The notes under the pieces were generated by a model. It was not told the origin of the DNA. It was given only the letters and a program-made list of their open reading frames with translations, and ran no database searches. Below, piece after piece: positions 25,101 to 37,689 of a stretch of DNA of 64,000 nt. The stretch comes from Balanoglossus misakiensis (lineage: Eukaryota > Animalia > Hemichordata). Position numbers and translations under genes: made by a program. The DNA lies in assembly GCA_040954595.2 (NCBI GenBank), contig CM082585.2:8139404-8203403 (forward strand), written 5' to 3'. Position 1 is the first letter of the stretch; each line of letters starts with the position of its first letter.

Positions 25101-28100
25101 TTTTAGGTGATTCAAGTAAATACACATTACAAAAGGCAAATTGATTCAAAACAGTGCAGAAATTAGAATAAGACATCTTACGACAAATTAAAGAAAACAA
25201 AAATACCGGAAAAAACTTTGATTAAAGTCATAGTCACTATTTGAGTAACACACTCTGAAATGCATTGCTAAACTTGACTAGAGTCAATGATAGGACTTAC
25301 CTCGCTTGATGTAAATTCACTTCCAGTTGAACTGACCTCAACGCTGATGATGCCTACAGTGTGTGGCGGTGATGTGCAGACCACCAATTCACTGGACACC
25401 CAGATACCGGTGGCAGACAGGTTGCCAAACTGGCAGGAGTAGCTGTCGTCGGACGAGTTCTCAAAGTTGTGCCCCCACACTTGTACCAGCTGTCCCCCCT
25501 CTTCCGGACCACGTGTTGGTACGATCCTCAGCACAGTCGGAATCGGAAGACATTCGGGACCGTAGAATGTATAAGCGCATGTATCGCACAGATCGCCATC
25601 CCAGTTGGTACCGTTGCATATACACTGACCTAAATGGGGAAAATTGATCAAGTAAATTTGACCACTGTTACCGTGAAAAATGACATGTAGCCAATCACAG
25701 ATTTTCAGTGGGTGGCAGGCGAAAAAAAATATGCCACCTCATGGTTATTAAAAGCTGTAGGCAGTGTGACTATATACATATTATGTAAATTTAGAGGTGA
25801 CCGTATACTAATAGTGTAAACTGTGGTTTGACATAAGGTTCCTATGTAATGGTGGTGCGAATGATAATACACAAAAGAAATTACCTGTTGTTAAATCACA
25901 GTCGCCATGGACACACAGAGGGCAAGGGTCACAGTTCACACCCCATCTTCCAGGTGAGCATTCTGAGCAGTTGTCTGACGTGAACCCAGTAAAGCAGTCA
26001 CAGACATCGGGTTGAATGCACGTGCCATGTCCACTACACTCGTTGACGCCGTAACACGTCGGCACGCTGCACATTGAGCCGCTCCAATCATCGTCGCACT
26101 GGCACTGGTCAGGTCCGACGCAGTCGCCGCTGCCCGAACAATTAGCGACGCCGAGGCAAGTGGGGATGGAGCAGTCCAACCCGCTCCACCCATCGTCGCA
26201 CTGGCACACATTCGGGCGGACGCAAGCGCCGTTACCGCTGCAGTTGGACAACAGAAAGCAGTTGAACGTATCATCCTCCAAGAAGGGTATATAATCAACA
26301 ACAGCCATCGACCCAAGATCTTCACGATCAAAGATACGCGCAGAAACATACGATTCAGAGTTACTTCCCCACCAGTTGTTCCTTGCGTACAGCGCCTTGT
26401 TGCTTTGGTAACCGACACTGAGCTCGTACAGTGCTGCAGGGTTCTCCAACAAATTGTACGTGACGTTGAACGCACCAGTTTTGGCGTAAACCACCGATCT
26501 CGTTGATCTGCTTTCTGAGAACGTGTTGTCCATGACGAAGCCGTCAATTGCCAGGTCGGGCTGGTCCGCCACAAGAACCAAACTTGACTCCCCGGTGTTG
26601 GCAGTGAACGTGTTTCCAACAACTGTGACCGCCATCTTCGCGTCCGTCACAGGACTGTTCACGATGTTGATTTCTACGTCACTGTCCGCATTGCCGGTGA
26701 ACGTACTCGCTGCAACCTCCACATCAACATAGTTGCCATCTATGCCAACATAGCACGAGATGCCTGCGTTCCCAGAAAACGAATTCTCGGTGATGCTGAC
26801 CGACGCGAACGGTGCCCTATCGTTTTTGACACTCACATCCAGTGCCCTGTCGGTCATGCCGACAAAGTCGTTTCCAGTAACCTCAATGTGGGAGCCATCC
26901 CCAGGATCTGACGTAGCTATGAAGACGCCCGAATCGCTTTGAAAATCACAATTCTTTAAAACCAGATTCCGTTGCATCCCTCTCTGCCCACGCTCCAGGT
27001 TGACGCTGAGAGACTGAGTCCCTCTGTTTCTTTCGAAGACGACCCCCTCGATGCTCAGTCTCCCGCTGTGGCTCCTGGATACGACCGACGCCCCGCCCTC
27101 TCCGTTATCCCTGATCACGGCATTCTTGATGTCCAACCACAGCGTCGCGTCCACATCAACCACCAAGCCGTACTGAGTATTCCCCTCGATGACCGTACCA
27201 CCAAGATCGAGAACGTAGTCGTCGAAGTTCGATCCGACCTCGATTCCAACTTGAGACATCCTGGAGACGACACAGTCCTGGATGGCCACGTGTGAATCAT
27301 CCACAGTGACACCTGTTCTCGCTCCAGTGATATTTGTGTGCATCAGAAGGCCGTGACGAAGATCAGTGGATACTGAAAGGATAGATATAAGCATTATAGA
27401 ACTTATGCACAGAGCTGATCGAGAAACGAAAGGTCAACTGGATACCATTATTACTTACTGATAAAGAATTTCTTGAGGAGTCAAGAACTCCACATGCTTT
27501 ATTTCTAGTCCTGGGACAAATTAGTCCATGATGGCAATGGTGATCCATAGCAACTGATGCCATGGCTAAATTTGGTATACCTTTAAACCTGAAAACTAAA
27601 GACATGTTAAATACCGGTAAATAAAAATAGACTATGTTACCTGCAGCTGCAGTAGTCACTGCCTCGAGTCTGACTTTGAATATACCACTGGATGAGTTTT
27701 CCGCTTTTTGAAACTGGAACCACATGGATGGCCCATCACTCAAGTGAGTGAGTGACACTTGGCTGCCAGATGCAACTTCTGCAATGGTATCTCCTTCTCC
27801 GTACTTGAAATAGTCACTCCGGTCCGTTGAAAACTCCTCAAAGGTCAACTTGATTCTGGCCCTAGGGTCAGTGTTGACCGTCCACATACAGTCCATCTCG
27901 TCTTCGGAGGGATATGCCGATGGGTAACCAGGAGATGTAATGTAGGCTGGGACATCTATTGGAAGGGTGAAATTCTCCCCACAGCTGGAATAGGTCATGG
28001 GATCTTCACGTACTGAAATGGACAAAAAAACTGTCCTGACAAAAATATTCTGTATACATGTACCAGTAAAACACTTCAGAGTCCTGGGTAGCTAGGGATT

Positions 28101-31100
28101 ACTTGCAGAAGTATTAGCAATGGAAACTACATGTATATATATATACTGTGCACTTTGCGTGTTTGTTTAATCTTTCGAAACATTCAAATTAAAATTCTAT
28201 TTGCGTAAACTTGCCAATCTTTCACAAGTTTGATGAATTGGTAGTGTGAAGATGACGTCTCCAAAGATAATTAATCAACAGCGCCCTCTTGTGATAGAAA
28301 GTAGCTCCAAATAGTAAGTTACACTGCCTTAGTACCATCTCCCACTAACCTGTAAACAGCTCTGATTGTTTGAACACAACACCTGCCCATGGATCACCAC
28401 TGTTGGCTACAAAGTGAACCATTTCTGTATCAATGCCTTGTGCTTCCAAAGTACCTGAGAGATAAAGAAAGAATAGTCATCAAGCAAACTTTGCAAACAC
28501 ACAAGAAAATAAAGTCAAATTATGTCAGTTTATCAAAGGATTGCAAATGTTTGTCTTATAAATTTACCACAAGAGTACAGGTACATTGCCCAAGTGAGAG
28601 GGACTTGTACTCTGAAATGTTGAAATACAGATATTTACCTTCAGAGAAAATTCCCCGGCCTTCTTCGAAAATCAAAGTCACTCCCTTTTCAATGACCAAA
28701 GATGCACTGGATCTGTTGGGAAACGTAAAACACCATTACAACAAACAGATAAAGTATTACAAAAATGTGTAAGTTTTTAGCATGGTATGTTACATGCATG
28801 GAACCGTGTTCAGTATAGCATGGCTGACCTGATGTGACAAGGAGGTGACAAATCTGCTAAGTCAGGCTGGCCTTGGGTTAGCTAGCTAGCCCAGAGCTGA
28901 ACATGTAGTTGGAAACATAGTTCTTGCATGGTGAAGCACAGATATAGATGAGATACTCACGTGATGAAGATTGATCTGGAGACATAGTAAGGACTGTCAT
29001 CCAATGTCAGTGTGACGTCACTTTGGAGGAGACCCCCTGCGTGACCGTCATGGAGGAATGGATCGAGGACTGGCTCTGCGACTTCCGCTGGCCGAGTCGA
29101 TGTCAAATACGGCAGGTAGTGCACGTAGCACTGGGCCATGTCTTTGTGGAAGGAACAGATTCTCTGGGTGATGTCGTTGTAGTTTGAAGTCCCCCAGTGA
29201 TTGTGAGTTGCGTTGACCGAGGAGTGGAGACTGAAAACGGGCACACGGAGTTCGCAGATGCTCTCCGGGTTGTACAAATAGTTGTAGTGGACCTCGGCTT
29301 CGTAGACGTCCAAGTCAACGGTGTACATCACGGTGTTGTTGGTGAAATCGTTGTCCGTGATGTGCAGGCCTTCACCTCTGACGGCTCGCGCATTCCCATC
29401 GACGTACACCACTCTAGTGGCGGTATTCCCGGTGAAATCGTTCCCGCTGACGAGAATATCGACGCTCTCCGTCTTCGTGTCGATTCTCAGAACCGCATCG
29501 TAGTCCCGCACGGCGTTGTCCAGATAGTTCTCGGAGAACGTGTTGCCGGTTATGGTCACGGGGCTGTCGTAGACGCTGTGGACGTACACCACGTTGGACG
29601 AGATCCCGGCGAAAGTGTTCTGCGAGATTTCCAGGACTACAGACTCCGCAGCGTGGACGTAAACGCCGTAACTTGCGCCATCACTGATGGAGTTCCCACT
29701 TAAAGTGTAGCGACTCCTTTTTCGAGCCGTGTCGAAAATGTAAACAGTGTCGCCCTCAGGAAACTCGTGACCTTTGAAAACACAATTTATGATATCAACA
29801 TCAATGGCATCATAGTCTTCAACTGGTCGGAACGACGAAAACCCATTTTGGATATTCGATTCCACATCAACAGTGTCCATCCTGAATCTGCCACTGCTCA
29901 GCTGAGTGTACAGTCCATAGTTTGAGAAAGTCACGGAAGAGTTCAGGATTTCAAACGATCCGTCGCCAAGAACATCCACAGCGCGATTATCAACATAGGA
30001 AATATGGCAGTCTACCACTTGGAATGATGTCAAACTTGGGCCGTCAAAGTTGACGTAGATTCCATCTCCACCAATGTTGGTCACCAGGCAACCATTTATA
30101 ACATTTTCATTGTCGTTGTGACCTAGGACCTCACTTCCTTGGATGGTAATTCCGTTGTTAACAGAGTAAGAAGATGATATCCCCTCTAATATAACATTGG
30201 AGCCCTCGACGACCAGACCATAAGTTGTGTGTGAGATTTCCACATATGAAACTACTGACTGTGTTTCTAATATGAACAAACATGAAAAAAATATATTAAT
30301 CGAGACATTTGAGCATAACCTTTAACATCTTCAAACATTTCCAGTTCTCATCATTCCTTCAAATATTTTGATTGCATGTACCTTTTTGTGATGGGAATGT
30401 ATTTTGCACTGAAAATGAAGTCACGAAGTGTTAGACACAATTATAAACACCTAAATGTACCTTGTGTGCTGGCGATGTGCAGCCCGCTCCACACCTGGCC
30501 ACCTGTGTATGCTGTCATGTTGATGGGATTATCAACACTACCGTTAGCAAAAAATAAACCTGTGGAAAAGACAGACAAAATAAATCAAAAATATAAACAA
30601 CACAGAATCACAGAAAAAAACCTACAAAACAAGTTTGTTTATGTAGCAACCAACACTAGCAATTCACTGGCTTAAATAAAATTCTGCTAAGATTTTGAAG
30701 GGAATTCCTCCAAAACAAGACTCACAGAGGGTTAGACTTTGATGCATTGATCAGGAGAGACTTACCGTCAACGTATAGTCTTAAATCTTCATTGAACATC
30801 AACTGAACTCCTGCTTCAACTGTCAACTGTCCACTCTCTTTGACGATAAGGCTTGCTATAACCTGATACGGACTCCCTCCAAGCGTCAGGGTTTCGCTCG
30901 TAGTAATCTCCCCGCCAATTTGATTTCCCACGCGGAAGAACGACGCATCTCCAAAAGCGATGTCGGTGAAGTTGCGGGATTTCAAATAAGGCGACACCAG
31001 CACAACAGGCAGGGATGAATCAAGGCTCTGGTCGTAGATCTTCGGTCGGATTTCGGTCAGCTTCGCCGTCCCCCACCAGTTGTACGTTGCGTTGACGACC

Positions 31101-34100
31101 TCCGAGGGGCTCCCCGCCGACACCCGGATGTTGTACTGGCTGTCGGGGTTCTCGAAGAAGTTGTAGTGGAACGCCAGACCGTCGCAGATCTCCTCAAGGT
31201 GCACCACCGTGTTTTCGTTTCCGGAGAGTACGTTGTTTTGGAATATGAAGGGCGCGGTGCTGGAGGGATTGGGTCTGAGAATGATATTGTCGGTACCGCT
31301 GTTCGACAGGAAATCGTTGTTGGTGATAGCAGTGCTTGTTTCGGCCGATGAGTCCATTCTGATGTTGAGTTGAGTGGAACCACACTGCTGGAAGGTGTTA
31401 CCATCAATGAGCAGTTCGTCAACATCATTGCGGATGTCAAAGTAACATGAGGGGCCCCTGGGAATGTTAAATTCATTGTTCGTGATCTGAACAGACTCGT
31501 AGTGCCGCACGTAACGCAGGTACACACCTTCGTACCAACCCGAATGACTGAATGTGTTATCAGCAATGATAAGCGAGGACTGAGCTGCAGCATGGTCCCA
31601 ACTGTTGCCTGTGACAAAGATGTTCCAATTGTAGTCATTGTCTGTGTACTCGCAGCCTATCACAGCAACGTGCCTGTACTCAGAGCTGTACGAAAAACCG
31701 TCGTAGTCCTCAAACGACACGTACGTTCCGATCTTCTTGTTTCTCATGAAGGAAGAATCTCTGACGTCTACCACTCCAGATTTGACATCGACACTGATGC
31801 CATGATCATTAGCGTCGAACAAAGACGAAACAACTGAAATCTGGGAGTTCATTTCTTCGAGGACCACACTGACACCAGTCCCGCCGTTATCCGCGATCAC
31901 TGCGTCCGCCATCTTGACAACGGCAGATCTTCGCGGACTGCCCTTGCGTTTCTCGGCTTCGATACTGATACCATATCCGGCGTTCCTTGACACCTCTGTC
32001 TCGCTCACGTGCATCTCTATGTCGGTGGTGTCTTTGTGAAACGTCACGGACACACCATCAGATTCGCAGCGAGTCACGACACAGCCGGAAATGTTGATGA
32101 CCGCATCACGGACTACCGTGACGACCAAACCGACAACAGAATCGGAAACCGCGACATTCTGGATGTCCAGTTTGTCTTGAACATTCTTCACATCTATGGC
32201 TGTCCTCGCAGTTGTGATGTCATAGCCAGCTAATGCAATTGCTGTCAAGCAAAGAAAAAAAATCACATCATGCTGAAGATATTAACTTCTAATTACTGCA
32301 TTGTAGATTTGGGGAAATGTCATAAAAAAATTACTCAATTTTTCTTGTAAACTCTTTTCCCCAGTATTTAAAATACTCCATATCTCTAACATCCCCATGT
32401 ATTGTACACTTACCATTGGGTGAGTTGACCACCATACCATACCACACCCCTTCTTCCTTGTTACTGAGAGTAATCTGTTCATTCATTGATCCAAGATTCA
32501 CCAGGTCACCTACAAACAACGATATGATACTTACATAAAATACAAAATACTCAATGTACTTTTATATGCCTACTGTATGGTAATAACCTACGGCATGTTA
32601 GAGTTAAAGTAAGCAATGTCAATATGAATAATTTTTTTGAGAAATTTAAAATGTAACACACAATAAGTAGCCTAAAATTATACCAGTTGAACATTCAATG
32701 CTGAAAGTTGTACAAGGTTATGCATAGTATCTCACTACACAGGAAAAAACATGATTACAAATATTTTAATTTGTCTTCAAAATTACTTGAATAGTGAATT
32801 GTACCTACCTTTCACATATATTCCCCTGTTTCTTAAAAATTTCATGACGACTCCAGGCTCAACCAAGAGCTTCTTACTAACAGGTATCATGATGGACCGA
32901 TCGACCAAGTAGACCTTGCCAGTGTTCTCCAACAGTAGACTCTCGCTCTGGACGTGACCTCCGATGATGCTGCCATCATGTTGGAAGAAGTCGGCCACGG
33001 TACTCTCGGTTTCGTTCGTCGCGACCGTGCGGGCTGCGTCGGCGAAAAACGGCAGGATGCGGGCCATGCCGGAATCCATGTTGCAGTAGAAGTCGCACAC
33101 CCGCGTATACAGATGCTGGTAGGTCTGACTTAATCCGTCCAGCTCCCCGTCCAGGTACGGCTTCCCCCAGAAGTTCAGACTCGCGTCGATGAATCTGTCC
33201 TCGGAGAACGGGGCGCTGACGTACAAGTCGTACGTGGACAGAGAATTGTTGAAGTTGTTCTGGGTGACCACGATGGAGTACGAATTGACATGGATGACCT
33301 GGGCGGCTTCGTTGCTTCTCAGAATGTTGTCGGAAAATTCTATGACCCCTTCATTGTCCGTCTCCAGGTTGATGATCCGGCCGCCTGGGTAGCTGTTATC
33401 CTCGAACCGATTTCCCGAGATGACAGCTTTGCTCGTCACACCCTGGGCTGGGAAATCTACCGACTGATACCGTTGGAGTCCTAACGCCCCGGTGCCTGAG
33501 CTGAACACGTTGCCTGTCAAGCGAACCTGCCCCGTGAGACGTTCCAAGAGGCAGGAATAGGACGTTATTTCCGTGTTGCTATGGAACGTGTTGGTTTCTA
33601 TGGTGATGTTGGTGTAGGCGTTTTCTGGATTGTCGGTGAAGACCTTCAGATCCTCTCGACTGTTGGCAGCGAATGTGTTTTCCTCGATGATTAAAGTGAA
33701 AACCATGGCCTTGTCTGGTTCGAGCAAATTGACGAAACATCCACGCATAGTGTTACTGGATATGTTGGAGTTGGTTATGTGTATTTCGTGGGTAGCAATG
33801 GCACCAGTAGTCTGATAAAGTATTCCGTCTTTTCCATTACCCACAACATCCAGACTGTCCACGGTGATATCGCCCAAATTTTTCGGCATCATGACAATCC
33901 CAGAATCCAGGTTGTGGGAGCAACTTCCTCCGGATATATTAACATTCAGATCGTCGCGCATTTCAACGCCATACAACCCATTGTATGAACTGGAGACACT
34001 TTCCAGCTTGAAACGAGACTGCCCTTCCGAACCGGACAGATAGATACCGCTGAGTCCGTTATGGATGGAAGCACTGTGCGAGATCACCGGGAGTTCAACT

Positions 34101-37100
34101 GAACTACCAGTCACATAATACAATCCGTACCCACCACAGTCATAGATGTTTGCATAGGAGACATCGACGATCTCAGCGGATGCTGCTCTGATGCCGTATT
34201 TGGCACGACGGACATCAACATACGACAGCTTTGAAACTGAAAAGAGTGAAAAGATTTTCATATTAACAAGAAATTTAAATCCTCAACCTCAGGACCTAAG
34301 CAAGAAGTACTGGTATACACATGTAAAACTTAAATAGCTTTTCCTGAGATATTCCGTTAAGTCAACCATGTTAAGAATAGTTTCCATATATGCTTAAGGA
34401 ATGGCCCTGCAATATGAAACAACCAAATGTGACTCATCTAACACATCCTTTAAGACAAAATCAAAGGTCACCACTGGTTGATTATATGGCATTTTACTTA
34501 CCTCCATTCTGGAAGTATAGTCCAGACCAGTCAGAGGCAAACTGACTTGATGGGATTTTATCAGATTTGAAATGAATTCGTTGATCTGGTTTCCCCACAG
34601 CATGCAGGTTTCCTGTTTGACAAATAATTGGAAAAGGACACAACTCAGTCCACCAGACTAAAATATAACATATGATACCAAGACAAATGGTAATTATTTG
34701 CATATTATCAAATTTAAGAGTGTTTTATTTTCGGACCTTAGCTGGGTTTACAAGTGGTTCCATTAGCACAGGTACTTAACATTGTAAATATAAGATAAAC
34801 AAACTCTAGGGATGAACGGTCACTCTACTTACCATGCACTTCAAAGGCTGACTCTGCAGTCATGAAAATCACTTTGACGCCAGGTTCAATGGTAAGCGTA
34901 GCAGACGCCTGGATCGAAATCCGAGACTCTACAAGATAAGGACTTCCTTCCAAAGGCCAGATTGTATCCTCCTGGTGAATACAAACACACATAACCAATC
35001 ATTTCAATACCATTTCAAGCATTTATAATATATATTTTCTTAGTGTTTTTATTACACATTCTACCCAAATATTAACCATTTTGTTCCTAAATTTGATTAA
35101 AATGTACGGAATAAAATACCTGAATATTTTCAGTAATTCTGGTGTAATTTTCGGGTTGCACAGTGCCATTGTAGAGACACCCATATAATTCCAGTCTCAG
35201 AGCTGCTGCTTCTCCCTGCCATGATATGGGATTGACTGCTACGTAACGTGCCTATGAGATGAAAATATTGAATATTCCATTAGTATTTATACTAATTGCA
35301 GCATAGAACTTACAAAAGTTTAACCCTTTCACCCCACTTCCAACTATAGATGGCCAACTCTACAATAAAAATCAATAAATATGAGATGAGAATAAGGCCA
35401 GTAGCTGGTAATTTCTTTTCTTTTTTGTCATGAGGCAAAATGATTAAAATCAGATAGAGAGATAAGTGCTGGTGATAGTTTCGGCTATTCTAGCTTTTCT
35501 CTGTCTCGGCTGTTCTGGAGGGGGGGGGGGGGGGGGGGGGTATGCGCCCTTTCCGAACAGAACAGCCAAGAATCAGCAAAAGTAAAGATTAACTCTACAT
35601 CTGATTTTAATCAGATTGATCATGAGGATGCCTTCTCCAGACTACGATCTGCTTCCTTACCGTGAACTGCGTCAGCACGGTTTCCACGACGGTGTCCGCG
35701 TCAGAATTCGCTGGCATCAGCTGGCCCGCGTAAATGATGCCCTCTGTGTTCGGTTGGCCGTACGACGACCACGAGATGTAGTCCGAGCTGAAGTGCAGCT
35801 GGTAGAGTTCGACCCAACAGTCCTCACAATACTGCCCTCCTCCCTGCACTGCTATTTTGTTGATCGTTAACTCGCGCTGGAGGTCAATCACCATGAAAGG
35901 TGAAGGGTCAGAGGTCAGAGGCACCCACGCACCTGTAGCACAAGATTAAATCTTATTAACATGTACAAAATGTATGGTAGTATACTATCGATACTTTAGT
36001 ACCTGGTTGCGACTTTAGAAATACAATTTATTGATGATACTGTTGCAGGTTTTTAAAACTGTTTTTAAAGACAGTAATTTTGATACATAACTCACCATAT
36101 AAATCGTTCAGTCTTCCCCCAGATTTTACAGAACTAGAGTATGTGATCTGACTATCTTCAATAACTCCATTTGCTACACCGAGGGGCAGCATACAACCTG
36201 TTTTGATCAAAAAGATTTTCAGATAGAACATTAGTCTTGTTTGTCCATCACTTCTGGTACTCAGTGCACATAGCATATCTGTGAGATTCACAATACTTGT
36301 CTATCCTTAGACGATTAATTTTCGTGTTCTCGTAGTTTTCTGTATCGATATTTCCGAAACATATTTTTACGTACTTTTTTTTTTTTGGCTCTCGCAAAGT
36401 TCGCGAAACTTTATTGTTTGCGAAAATTTCACATGAGCAAGATGAACTGCGTTACCTGATTGGAAGACAACTTCACTTATAAACACAGACATCGATTCAG
36501 GATCGCTGATTGACAAGTCCACTTTGACAAACTGTCCAATATTGCCACTGCCATCGACTCGGATGCGCGATGCTTGAGTTGTTTCGTCCAGGATCAAGTT
36601 GTCGTTGAGGTTGTCGGTCAAAATCGGTGTGGTGTAATTATCGCCATCGTCACTGAACGACAACCAAAGGCCACCAGTCTTAATGATATCACTGGAAACA
36701 AGAAAAGATGCCATGTTTTTTAAAATTCACCTATAATTTGATCTTGAAAGCTATCGTTATTTTCTATTTTAATCAATATGGTTTTGAAATTTTCGCGATA
36801 TCGAGAGAAGCCACTGTTTCGCGACTATTAATTTTCGTGTTCTCTTATTTCATTCACAGCATCGCTATCTTTAAAAAAATTACTTTTTATTTTCACGCTA
36901 TTTTGGCTCTCACGTATTTTGCGAAAATTTATTGCTTGTGAAAATAAAGTGTTTTACAGTAGTTACCTGAAGCAAAGATAGAAGTCAACAGTCCCGAACG
37001 ATCTCACGTCTCCAAAGTCGTAAACGGTGACTAATTTTCCCTCAAGCGTACTCATATTCCAGCCAACCCATAGACCATAGCCGAAGTCGGTACAATTACT

Positions 37101-37578
37101 GCTGGAGGTGTCGTTAGCAATAATTCCATCAGTAAGTTGTCCGGTTCCCCCATTCAAGATGCCATTCGTGTTATTCCCAGTGTAGGCATGGTCCCTAAGG
37201 TCAAAGGTCAGAGACTGGTGACCTTGAGGGACCTCGTACGTGATTGGTCCATTTCCGCGGACACCTACATGATGACGTAAGACACAGAAATGAATTTGTT
37301 ACCCTGGGAACAGTCCCTCTTTGAGATTGAATGACTGTGGATAGTCATTTGGAAAGTCCCTAAACAAAATTAAACCAATTTGAGACTATCAAATGGGACT
37401 AAATTCTCGTAAACATGCATATACTTCTACATTTTAGCGACATGGGCTAGCTTTATTATAGTTCCATAGGCTCTTTAAATCAACAACTCGAAACCAGACC
37501 CACAGAACACTTACCCTGAAAGAACAAGATCACAAGGAGGAATGGAAGAGCCACAGCAGACAATTTTCGTCCTTTCAT
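11815..37578 (-). CDS. Giant type I membrane protein (~6157 aa, 32 coding exons): DS-like + F5/8C + 4 Bark-like beta-helix modules + CUB + EGF + IPT + Ig-like + unnamed duplicated module + mucin repeats + 8 cadherin repeats + TM
   Basis: Exons traced by GT-AG and phase (5' to 3'): 37515-37578, 36967-37264, 36456-36691, 36096-36197, 35661-35932, 35120-35251, 34833-34971, 34502-34612, 32809-34236, 32414-32509, 30766-32241, 30461-30559, 28961-30266, 28639-28712, 28350-28454, 27641-28012, 25885-27372, 25301-25629, 24847-25062, 24335-24648, 23942-24059, 23523-23699, 23021-23314, 22376-22766, 21776-21990, 21394-21552, 20796-21253, 20401-20535, 19945-20239, 19680-19751, 19315-19498, 11815-19133. The sum is 18474 nt, divisible by 3. 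It starts with signal peptide MKGRKLSAVALPFLLVILFFQG and ends at TAG 11815. Confidence 0.85.
15536..17587 (-). repeat. Coding 120-bp tandem repeat (~17 units) encoding a 40-aa PTS-rich mucin-like unit
   Basis: Unit STPGTPVDRTTVTPVTTVTDVSKPKPRTVSDVIPEVSSTE. TGGAGTTGACTCTGTTGATGAA recurs every 120 bp. Two units are shortened in frame (-45 bp near 15850-15910, -9 bp near 16460). Confidence 0.97.
19315..25062 (-). CDS. Thirteen short exons: EGF, putative Ig/dystroglycan-type repeat, further Ig-like beta-sandwiches and the start of the unnamed module
   Basis: Peptides CIQGQCSCFLPWYGDDC, VSGPSGMELDPRSGVLRW, TVTFPDLLEGYYSIHVSARDH, PVVTIDP, RWNNTILWWDLG and ACAIVQLNVLEDLVFTREAF. Splice phases chain without a break. 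Confidence 0.8.
24190..24348. repeat. ~31-32-bp minisatellite built from copies of an exon-intron junction
   Basis: CATTACCTTATTTGGACATC at 24201 and 24329, with three degenerate copies between them. Confidence 0.8.
25301..25629 (-). CDS. Exon encoding the end of a laminin/EGF-like repeat and an IPT/TIG domain
   Basis: PTVLRIVPTRGPEEGGQLVQVWGHNF...CQFG...ELVVCTSPPH is a typical IPT/TIG pattern. Confidence 0.88.
25885..27372 (-). CDS. Exon encoding beta-helix module 4 and tandem EGF-like repeats
   Basis: PbH1-like I.GN.F..N repeats ending ARNNWWG, then CSGNGACVRPNVCQCDDGWSGLDC-type EGFs. Confidence 0.92.
27641..28012 (-). CDS. CUB domain exon (phase 1-1)
   Basis: CGENFT...YITSPGYPSAYP...DCMWTV...IKLTFEEF...GIFKV; 372-nt symmetric exon. 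Confidence 0.92.
28961..30266 (-). CDS. Exon encoding beta-helix module 3
   Basis: 440-aa ORF with PbH1-like repeats, NATHNHWG motif and LTLDDSPYYV start of the next module. Confidence 0.9.
30766..32241 (-). CDS. Exon encoding beta-helix module 2
   Basis: 514-aa ORF with PbH1-like repeats, NATYNWWG motif and LTLGGSPYQV..LTVEAGVQLMF. Confidence 0.9.
32809..34236 (-). CDS. Exon encoding beta-helix module 1
   Basis: 492-aa ORF with PbH1-like repeats, DASLNFWG motif and LLVEPGVVMKF. Confidence 0.9.
35120..36197 (-). CDS. Three exons encoding an F5/8 type C (discoidin) domain
   Basis: CMLPLGVANGVIEDSQITYSS, GAWVP, IDL..IAVQG...WVELYQLHFS.D...W, ARYVAVNPISW...ALRLELYGC. Confidence 0.92.
35441..35613. 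mobile_element. Intronic MITE-like element with ~21-bp imperfect TIRs and a central poly-G
   Basis: TGATTAAAATCAGATAGAG (35441) versus CTCTACATCTGATTTTAATCA (ends 35613). Inner inverted GGCTGTTCTG/CAGAACAGCC. G21 run. Confidence 0.65.
36456..37264 (-). CDS. Two exons encoding a DDR-type discoidin-like (DS-like) domain
   Basis: ITYEVPQG..LRDHAYTG..LNGGTGQLTDG..WVGW..YDF..VRSF..FISEVVF resembles, from memory, DDR1/2 SY.AP.G..LNDS.YDG..GLGQL.DG..YVGW..FEF..R.F..FSEI.F. Confidence 0.75.
36715..36961. mobile_element. Degenerate MITE ending ...GAAAATAAAGTGTTTTACAGTA; related remnant at ~36310-36430
   Basis: TTTACAGTA terminus, repeated TTTCGCGA/GCGAAAATTT motifs, and ATTAATTTTCGTGTTCTC shared by two adjacent introns. 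Confidence 0.45.
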
Positions 37579-37689
37579 CGCTCACAACTTCTGCCTCATG
37601 TGTGCGCAAACTAGAGAACGAAGAAAGGCGGAAAGATGACATATCATTGCTTACATACCTTTGAAACGTCCACGAGGAAGCAGGTCTTA

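Noticed and set aside
25808-34261. Bacterial contamination or operon of beta-helix ORFs
   Set aside because: Each ORF is bounded by GT-AG sites and linked by small in-phase exons to animal-type CUB, EGF and discoidin exons.
37611-37658. 5' UTR intron of the giant gene
   Set aside because: Donor and acceptor look plausible, but 48 nt is far shorter than other introns here and cannot be supported without transcripts.
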